Source: Thermoanaerobaculia bacterium (GTDB taxonomy: Bacteria; Acidobacteriota; Thermoanaerobaculia; Gp7-AA8). From it: a stretch of DNA of 45,378 nt. Numbering within the stretch: the stretch's first letter is position 1; each line of letters starts with the position of its first letter. Both the position numbers and the translations under genes were made by a program. The notes under the pieces were generated by a model that was not told the origin of the DNA, did no database searches, and saw only the letters and a program-made list of their open reading frames with translations. Shown here in pieces: positions 7,673 through 14,768 of this stretch. The DNA lies in NCBI GenBank assembly GCA_036388835.1, contig DASVRB010000365.1, positions 1 through 45,378 on the forward strand, given 5' to 3'.

Positions 7673-9706
7673 ATGAAAACGATGCGACACAGCAAATCTC
7701 TGCTCGTCATTTTCGCGCTGCTGATGTTTTTCGGCGCGTGCAAGGGCGAGTCACCGACCGCACCGCCGACTGGCGGCGGCGGACCTCCCGGAGGTGGCGG
7801 CGGCGGTCAGGCGCCGACCGGGGTCGAAGTGACGCTCACCGCGTCCAGCACGAACCCTCTCGTCGACTCCACGTCGATCATCACCGCGACCGTCACACAG
7901 AACGGGCAGCCGGTGGCGAACGGCACGGCCGTCGAGTTCACGACGGACCGCGGCGCGTTCGACGGTACTTCCGCGACCAGCACCATCAAGACCACGACCA
8001 ACGGCGTCGCGACGGTCACTCTGACGTCGACTGTCCCCGGTGCAGCGCGCGTTGCGGCGATCGTGAACAACGTCTCGCGCAACGTCACGGTCACGTTCCG
8101 CGCCGAAGATCCCGAAGAACCAGAACCGGCCACCGATCCGGTGATTACGTCCGTCGGTACGGGCCTCGGGCGGCCTGCCGGCGGCGAGACGATTCGCATC
8201 ACCGGCCTGCGCTTCTTTGGCCCGGTGCGCGTTCTCTTCGACCTCGGCACGGGTCTTCCGGTCGAGGCGTTCGTGGTTGCCGCAACCGAGACGACCATTG
8301 ACGTCATCACTCCGGGCGTGAACCTCGGCAGCGGCCAGGAACTGACGGCCGACGTCATCGTCATCACCCGCGCCGGAACGGCCAACGAGCGCCGCGTCGA
8401 GCGCGAGGACGCGTTCACCTTCCGCAACGAGCAGCTCACGCCAATCATCTCCGCGATCACGCCGAACTCCGGTCCGGTGGTCGGCGGCACGACCGTGGCG
8501 ATTCTCGGCGAAGGTTTCCAGTATCCAGTGCAGGTCCTCTTCGGCGCGGCTGAAGCGCGCGTCATCAAAGTCGATTTCAATCGCATCGACGTCGAGGCCC
8601 CGGCCGGACGCGATACGTCCGACGACGGCTCCGAGGTCGTCACCGGTCCGATCAACGTCACGGTGCGGAACATCAACTCCGCTCGCGCCGCCACGCTCAA
8701 CGGCGGCTTCCGCTACGTCACGGCTGTCGCCGTCACCGCCATCTCGCCGGGCGCTGGCCTCTTCACCGGCGGCACTCGCATCACCATCGACGGTGTCGGC
8801 TTCGTCGGCCCGGTCGTGGTGGTCATCCGCACGCCGGACGGTGACATCGGCCTGCAGGTCATCTCCGTGAGCGGGACGCGCATCGTTGCGATCACGCCGG
8901 GCATCGCCATCGAGAACTGCGACGACGTCGAAGGCGTTCTGATCGTCACGAATATCGTCAACGGCGATCAGGCCGAGGGTCCTGGATTCCGGTTCGTGGT
9001 GCCGCCGCCGTTCGTCGTCAGCGTCCTCTCTGACGGCGACATCCGCGAGGGTGAGACGATTCAGGTCGTCCTGGCGAATGCGCAGGAAGGTGTGGCGCGC
9101 TTCCAGATCGGTGACCGCACGGTGTTCCCGAGCGCGGTGTCGATCAACCCAACCACCGGAGCGGCCACGTACACGCTGGCCGTGCCGCTGAATCTCACGT
9201 TCCCGACCCAGGCCTGCAGCGCCGGCGGAGTCGCCGGTCTGCGCCAGACTCCGCTCACGCTCAACGTGCTGTACGAAAACGCCAGCACCGGTTGTGAAGA
9301 CACGGCCGAGAACGCGATCACGATCAATCCGAGCACCACGGCGTGCGAAGTGCCGCCGACCTCGAACGCCGTCGTCGCGGTGAACCCGACCAACGGCTCC
9401 GGCTGCGCGGTTCCGGCGAACGCCACGATCGGCACGTCGACCACCGCGACCATCCGCTTCTCGAACACCGGCAGCGCACCGCTGACCGTTTCGGCCGGCA
9501 ACATCGCCGGCGCGAACGCGGCCGACTTCACGGTGACTCCGCCGCAGCGCACCGTTGCTGCCGGCTCGTTCCAGGACTTCGAAGTGACGTTCACCCCGAC
9601 CGCGGCCGGGACACGGAATGCCTCCGTGACGTTCACGACCAACGATCCCGATAACGGCACCATCATCACGTGCCTCCAGGGCACCGGCACCACGCCCGCT
9701 CCCTGA
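7673..9706 (+). CDS. Large surface lipoprotein with Big_1-like Ig domain, three IPT/TIG repeats and a choice-of-anchor-D-like C-terminal domain
   Basis: Lipobox FFGACK and a Gly/Pro linker. Invasin-like Ig segment (VTLTASSTNPL...VTVTF). IPT/TIG signatures (ITSVGTGLGRPAGGETIRITGLRF, ISAITPNSGPVVGGTTVAILGEGF, ISPGAGLFTGGTRITIDGVGF). C-terminal FSNTGSAPLTVS...FTVTPP...FEVTFTPTAAGTRNASVTFTTNDPDN. Confidence 0.75.
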   Translation: MKTMRHSKSLLVIFALLMFFGACKGESPTAPPTGGGGPPGGGGGGQAPTGVEVTLTASSTNPLVDSTSIITATVTQNGQPVANGTAVEFTTDRGAFDGTSATSTIKTTTNGVATVTLTSTVPGAARVAAIVNNVSRNVTVTFRAEDPEEPEPATDPVITSVGTGLGRPAGGETIRITGLRFFGPVRVLFDLGTGLPVEAFVVAATETTIDVITPGVNLGSGQELTADVIVITRAGTANERRVEREDAFTFRNEQLTPIISAITPNSGPVVGGTTVAILGEGFQYPVQVLFGAAEARVIKVDFNRIDVEAPAGRDTSDDGSEVVTGPINVTVRNINSARAATLNGGFRYVTAVAVTAISPGAGLFTGGTRITIDGVGFVGPVVVVIRTPDGDIGLQVISVSGTRIVAITPGIAIENCDDVEGVLIVTNIVNGDQAEGPGFRFVVPPPFVVSVLSDGDIREGETIQVVLANAQEGVARFQIGDRTVFPSAVSINPTTGAATYTLAVPLNLTFPTQACSAGGVAGLRQTPLTLNVLYENASTGCEDTAENAITINPSTTACEVPPTSNAVVAVNPTNGSGCAVPANATIGTSTTATIRFSNTGSAPLTVSAGNIAGANAADFTVTPPQRTVAAGSFQDFEVTFTPTAAGTRNASVTFTTNDPDNGTIITCLQGTGTTPAP

Positions 9707-9730
9707 TCCTTTCTCAAACATCAGTTGATC

Positions 9731-9756
9731 GAACCGCCCCTTGAACGGGGCGGTTC
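9731..9756 (+). terminator. Hairpin after the IPT lipoprotein gene
   Basis: GAACCGCCCC (9731-9740), TTGAAC loop, GGGGCGGTTC (9747-9756): a perfect 10-bp stem. There is no clear T-tract. Confidence 0.5.
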
Positions 9757-9810
9757 GTGTCTGATGCGGTTGCACCTCCCGGCGATGTACGCAAGAATTC
9801 AGGTCCGCGA

Positions 9811-10944
9811 ATGGCTCAACCGGCGACAAACCCAAAAATCGAAGAGCTGCGCTTCCGACTGAAGACGGATCCGAAGAGCCGTCTCTTCTATCAGCTGGCT
9901 GAAGAGCTCCGGCGCGCATCGCAGTTCACCGAAGCCGAGCACGTGCTGCGCACCGGCCTCACCGTCTATCCCGCGTACCTCGCGGCGTGGGTGAGTCTGG
10001 GACGCTGCCTGCGCGAGCAGAAGAACGACGCCGGCGCGGTCGAGGCGCTGACGACGGCGCTGCAGCTCGACCCGGGCAACGTCGTCGCCGCACGCATCCT
10101 CGCCGACTCCTATCTCGCCCTCGGCGAGAAGCTCGAAGCGCTCAAGAAATACAAGCTCGTCCACGCCTTGATCCCGGCGGACGAAGAGCTGCGCACCGTG
10201 ATCGACCAGCTCGATCGCGACCTCCGTCCGCCAGAGCCGGTCGCGGAGCCGGTCGCCGATCCGCCCGAGCCGGTCGCAGAAACGTCTCCCGATGTTTTCG
10301 ACGCGCCCGCGGCGGAAGCCGCTGACGTCGTTGAGGAACCAGCTCCGCTGCCGGCGATTGCGACTGTCGAAACGGACGCGATGGCTGACGCACCGGCGGC
10401 AGAAACATCAGCCGCGGAAGAATCGCCGTTCGATCGCACGACCCCCCCTTTCGCGGAAGCGGCGCAATCGCTCGGCGAGGAGATGCGGCTCGAGAGCGCG
10501 ACAGCCGACGTCGAGCCGATGTCGCGCGAGCACGAAGACAGTCCGTTCGAAGATCCGGTGGCCGGCTTCACCGCCGATTCGGTGCAGATCGAGGCGCCCC
10601 TCGGAATGCAGGTCGTCTCCGCCCCCCTGTCTGCCGACGTGCCGTCGTACCTCACCGACGATCTGCCGGCTGCCGACTCGACGCCGGTGTTCGACACGCC
10701 GCAGTCTGCATTCGCCGGCGAATCCGATGACGCCGCGAACACGCTCACCATGGCCGATCTTTACGCGCGCCAGGGGCTGATCGAAGAGGCGCGGCACATT
10801 TACGAAAGCATCCTCGCGCGCGACCCGCACAATGCCGCGGTGCGTGCGCAACTGAACGCGATCACGCCGCGCGTGAACCCGAAGGTGGTCGTGCTGGAAC
10901 GCTGGCTGAGCAAGGTCTCGAAGAGAGAGGTGGGGCGTGTTTAG
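9811..10944 (+). CDS. TPR-repeat protein with a long acidic Pro/Ala/Glu-rich central region
   Basis: N-terminal TPR-like helices (FYQLAEELRRASQFTEAEHVLRTGLTVYPAYLAAWVSLGRCL...). Acidic low-complexity core of ~190 aa. C-terminal TPR (ADLYARQGLIEEARHIYESILARDPHN). ATG 9811 was chosen because GTG 9757 lies at the edge of the upstream hairpin. Confidence 0.7.
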   Translation: MAQPATNPKIEELRFRLKTDPKSRLFYQLAEELRRASQFTEAEHVLRTGLTVYPAYLAAWVSLGRCLREQKNDAGAVEALTTALQLDPGNVVAARILADSYLALGEKLEALKKYKLVHALIPADEELRTVIDQLDRDLRPPEPVAEPVADPPEPVAETSPDVFDAPAAEAADVVEEPAPLPAIATVETDAMADAPAAETSAAEESPFDRTTPPFAEAAQSLGEEMRLESATADVEPMSREHEDSPFEDPVAGFTADSVQIEAPLGMQVVSAPLSADVPSYLTDDLPAADSTPVFDTPQSAFAGESDDAANTLTMADLYARQGLIEEARHIYESILARDPHNAAVRAQLNAITPRVNPKVVVLERWLSKVSKREVGRV

Positions 10945-11290
10945 AACCGTGCTCTCGGGCCTGCAGCAGCGCATCGAAGGCGCGCTGGCGGTCAGTCTCA
11001 TCGGCCTCGACGGAATCGCGGTCGAGACCGTCGGTGCCGGACAGGTTCCGCTCGACGTGCTCGGCGCGGAGTTCGGCGGCTTCGTCAAATCGATCCGCCA
11101 GACGAATACCGAGCTCGATACCGGCGACGTGCTGCAGTTCGCGCTCGTCACCGAGAAATACATCACGTTTCTCTCCGAGGTCACGCCGGAGTACTACATC
11201 CTCCTCGTGCTGCAGCCGGACGGCAATTACGGCCGCGCGCGATTCGAGCTGACGAAAGCGAAGTTCCTGCTTCGCGACGAGTTGATCTGA
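10937..11290 (+). CDS. Roadblock/LC7 (MglB-like) domain protein
   Basis: 117 aa; ALAVSLIGLDGIAVETVG...ELDTGDVLQFALVTEKYITFLSEV fits the Roadblock/LC7 fold pattern. GTG start overlaps the TPR gene stop by 8 nt, with GAGAGAGGTGG upstream. Confidence 0.7.
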   Translation: MFRTVLSGLQQRIEGALAVSLIGLDGIAVETVGAGQVPLDVLGAEFGGFVKSIRQTNTELDTGDVLQFALVTEKYITFLSEVTPEYYILLVLQPDGNYGRARFELTKAKFLLRDELI

Positions 11291-11302
11291 GAGGTAGCCG
11301 AC

Positions 11303-11785
<483 letters not shown>

Positions 11786-11793
11786 GCGACCGC

Positions 11794-13128
11794 ATGTTCT
11801 CGAAAGTCCTCATCGCCAACCGCGGCGAGATCGCGCTTCGCGTCATCGCGGCCTGTAAGGAAATGGGCATCAAGACGGTTGCCGTCCATTCGGAGGCCGA
11901 CCGCGACTCGCTGCACGTCCGCTACGCCGACGACGACGTCTGCATCGGTCCCGCGGTCTCGAAGCAGAGCTATCTCAGCATCTCCAGCATCATCGCCGCG
12001 GCCGAGATCACCGGCGCCGACGCGATTCATCCGGGATACGGCTTCCTCTCCGAGAACGCGCATTTCGCCGAGATCGTCGGCGAGTGCCAGTTGACGTTCA
12101 TCGGACCGCCACCCGAGGCCATTCGCCTCATGGGCGATAAAGCGCGGGCGCGCGAGACCGCGAAAAACGCCGGCGTGCCGATCATCCCCGGCAGCGAAGG
12201 CGCCGTGCGCACCGGCGACGAAGCGCGCGAAGTGGCGAAAGAGATCGGCTATCCCGTCATCCTCAAAGCGGCCGCCGGCGGCGGTGGTCGCGGCATGCGC
12301 ATCGTCTGGGAAGAGGACGATCTGCAGAACCAGTTCGACACCGCGCGCAACGAAGCGGAGCGCGCGTTCGGCGACGGCGCGGTCTATCTCGAGAAGTATC
12401 TCGAGCGTCCGCGCCACATCGAGATTCAGGTTTTCGCCGATCAGTTCGGCCGCGTGGTCTCCCTCGGCGAGCGCGAATGCTCGATCCAGCGCCGCCACCA
12501 GAAGCTCATCGAAGAATCGCCGTCACCCGCGCTCACCGACGAGCTGCGCGCACGCATGGGCGAGGCGGCGATCAAGCTCTGCAAGGCGGTGAATTACGTC
12601 AACGCCGGCACGATCGAGTTCCTCTTCCAGGACGGCCAGTTCTACTTCATGGAAATGAACACGCGCATCCAGGTCGAGCATCCGGTCACCGAAGAAGTGA
12701 CCGGCATCGATCTCGTGAAGGAACAGATTCGCGTCGCGGCAGGGGAGAAGCTCTCCGTTCCAGAAGGCGAGTTCAAACTGCGCGGTCACGCCATCGAGTT
12801 CCGCGTCAACGCCGAAGACCCCGTCACTTTCGCACCGAACCCCGGCAAGATTCGCGAGCTCCACATCCCCGGCGGCCCCGGTGTGCGCGTCGACACGCAC
12901 ATCTATCGCGATTACGTCGTCCCGCCGCACTACGACTCGCTCCTCGCGAAGCTCATCGTGCGCGGCAAAGATCGCCTCGACGCCATCGCCCGCGGCCGCC
13001 GCGCGCTCGAGCAGTTCGTGGTCGAAGGGGTGAAGACGACCATCCCCCTCCACCGCGCCATCCTCAACAACGAACAGTTCATTCGCGGGGATATCTCGAC
13101 GAGGTTCATGGATAAGTTCTCGTTGTAG
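11794..13128 (+). CDS. accC: Acetyl-CoA carboxylase biotin carboxylase subunit
   Basis: [26 protein letters not shown]..., ATP-grasp [24 protein letters not shown]; 444 aa. Confidence 0.96.
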   Translation: MFSKVLIANRGEIALRVIAACKEMGIKTVAVHSEADRDSLHVRYADDDVCIGPAVSKQSYLSISSIIAAAEITGADAIHPGYGFLSENAHFAEIVGECQLTFIGPPPEAIRLMGDKARARETAKNAGVPIIPGSEGAVRTGDEAREVAKEIGYPVILKAAAGGGGRGMRIVWEEDDLQNQFDTARNEAERAFGDGAVYLEKYLERPRHIEIQVFADQFGRVVSLGERECSIQRRHQKLIEESPSPALTDELRARMGEAAIKLCKAVNYVNAGTIEFLFQDGQFYFMEMNTRIQVEHPVTEEVTGIDLVKEQIRVAAGEKLSVPEGEFKLRGHAIEFRVNAEDPVTFAPNPGKIRELHIPGGPGVRVDTHIYRDYVVPPHYDSLLAKLIVRGKDRLDAIARGRRALEQFVVEGVKTTIPLHRAILNNEQFIRGDISTRFMDKFSL

Positions 13129-13140
13129 CGCTTCCGGCCT

Positions 13141-13223
13141 GTTGCTGGTTGCTGGTTACTGGTTGCTCGTGAGGTCTCGCCCGAGCGACAACTCACAGTA
13201 ACCAATAACCAGCAACCAGCAAC
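13141..13223. repeat. 83-nt hairpin element with arms built from four tandem 7-nt units (GGTTGCT-type)
   Basis: Left arm 13141-13173 GTTGCT GGTTGCT GGTTACT GGTTGCT CGTGAG. Right arm 13192-13223 is its near-perfect reverse complement (one mismatch, one bulge). 18-nt loop. Lies between accC and aroK. Confidence 0.7.
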
Positions 13224-13249
13224 CACGTGCTAACCTCCCTCATCCCAAC

Positions 13250-13789
13250 ATGAAGATCTACCTCGTCGGCTTCATGGGCTCCGGCAAGACCACGATCGGC
13301 CGCGAGCTTGCGGCACGCATCGATGCACCGTTTTTCGATCTGGACGAGCTGGTCGAGGCGGCGGAGCGGATGTCGATCAAAGAGATCTTCGCGCAGCGCG
13401 GCGAGCCGTACTTTCGGAAGCGCGAGCGTGACGTGCTCCGCTCGACGAGGAACCTCGACGCTGCGGTGATCGCGACCGGCGGCGGGACGTTCACCTTCGA
13501 CGAGAACATCCAGTTCATCCAGTCGGAAGGGCTGTCGGTCTATCTCTCCGCGCCGTACGCGCTGCTGCGCTCGCGCGTCGGTACCAAGGCCGCCGACCGG
13601 CCGCTCTTCACCGACGATCTGGCCACACACGAGCTGTACGCGAACCGGATCCGCTACTACCGCACCTCGGACATCACCATCGAAGTCCGCGAGGAAGAGA
13701 CACCGATCGAGATCGTGGAGCGGCTCGTCCTCGAGCTCCCGAAGACGGTGCTCGAAGCGGCGCGGCGCACGACCTGGAGGTCGCGATGA
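13250..13789 (+). CDS. aroK: Shikimate kinase
   Basis: MKIYLVGFMGSGKTTIGRELA (P-loop), DLDELVE...SIKEIF...GEPYFRKRE...VIATGGG; 179 aa. Confidence 0.9.
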   Translation: MKIYLVGFMGSGKTTIGRELAARIDAPFFDLDELVEAAERMSIKEIFAQRGEPYFRKRERDVLRSTRNLDAAVIATGGGTFTFDENIQFIQSEGLSVYLSAPYALLRSRVGTKAADRPLFTDDLATHELYANRIRYYRTSDITIEVREEETPIEIVERLVLELPKTVLEAARRTTWRSR

Positions 13790-14526
13790 GGGCTCTGGTT
13801 GTCAGCGACCTGCACGCGAACTCGGAGGCGCTTCGCGCGGTGTTCAAGCGCGTGCGCCGGAAGAAGTTCGACACGGTGATCTGCCTCGGCGATTTCGTCG
13901 GCTACGGCGCGCACCCGAACAAAGTGCTCGACCAGATGCGCACGCTGAAGACGCGCAAGGTCTTCATCCGCGGGAACCACGATCGCGTGGCCTCGGGATT
14001 GGGCGACGCGAACGGCTTCAACAACGCGGCGAAAGCGTCGGCACTCTGGACGCGCGATCATCTCAGCGCGCCGAACCGCCGCTTCCTGCGCGAGCTGACG
14101 CAGGGGCCGCTCATGCACAAGGACGCGATGCTCTGCCACGGCTCGCCCTACGACGAAGACGAGTACGTGTTCAACGTGCATCACGCCGCGCAGGTGCTCG
14201 CGCTCTACAACGCGCCGTTCATCCTCTTCGGTCACACGCATCTGCCGGCCGTCTTTTCGATCGACGCCGACATGAACGTGAGCGGCTTCGCCGTGCGCGG
14301 CGATGCAACGATCAAACTCGAGCCGCATCTGCGCTACCTCATCAATCCCGGCTCGGTCGGCCAACCCCGCGACCGCAATCCAAACTCCGCCTTCATGATC
14401 CTCGACACCGACAAACGAACCGTGCAGTTCTTCCGCGTCGAGTACGACATCGAGCGGACGCAGGAGGCGATTTTGAAGGCGGGGTTGCCGGAGATTCTGG
14501 CCAGTCGTTTGTCGTACGGCAGTTGA
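13786..14526 (+). CDS. Metallophosphoesterase family protein
   Basis: VVSDLHAN, GDFVGYG, GNHD, GHTH motifs; ATGA overlap with the aroK stop. Confidence 0.85.
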   Translation: MRALVVSDLHANSEALRAVFKRVRRKKFDTVICLGDFVGYGAHPNKVLDQMRTLKTRKVFIRGNHDRVASGLGDANGFNNAAKASALWTRDHLSAPNRRFLRELTQGPLMHKDAMLCHGSPYDEDEYVFNVHHAAQVLALYNAPFILFGHTHLPAVFSIDADMNVSGFAVRGDATIKLEPHLRYLINPGSVGQPRDRNPNSAFMILDTDKRTVQFFRVEYDIERTQEAILKAGLPEILASRLSYGS

Positions 14527-14528
14527 TC

Positions 14529-14611
14529 GGAATTGAAAATTGAAAATGGCAAATTGAAAGATCGATCCGTCTCTCCGATTTTTCAATTTTCAATTCTCAA
14601 TTTTCAATTCC
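14529..14611. repeat. 83-nt AT-rich hairpin element with arms built from four tandem 7-nt units (ATTGAAA-type)
   Basis: Left arm 14529-14564 GGA ATTGAAA ATTGAAA ATGGCAA ATTGAAA GATCG. Right arm 14576-14611 CGATT TTTCAAT TTTCAAT TCTCAAT TTTCAAT TCC. 32/36 positions complementary; 11-nt loop. Begins 3 nt after the stop at 14526. Confidence 0.7.
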
Positions 14612-14768
14612 CCTCGCATCGTCTTCGATTCAGGACGCGGCCTCACCACACGAGGACACAGAGCCACCGGCCGCAGCAGCTAAGCTGTTGAAAACGCAGG
14701 CGGAATACTCATCCGTAGCGTGGCATGTCCGCCGCAACTGGAGCCGTCAACGTTGCAGGAGAGTCCCC

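Noticed and set aside
7751-9919. 722-aa minus-strand ORF opposite the IPT/TIG lipoprotein gene
   Set aside because: It has a GC-artefact composition (R, G, D, A). The sense frame has a lipobox, Ig/IPT repeats and a coherent domain order.
14721-14736. Possible sigma-54 promoter TGGCAT-N5-CCGCA upstream of the FecR-like gene
   Set aside because: The GG-N10-GC spacing fits, but the -12 element is CCGC rather than TTGC. Such partial matches are expected by chance in GC-rich DNA. It is not supportable without a transcription start or a genome-wide motif model.
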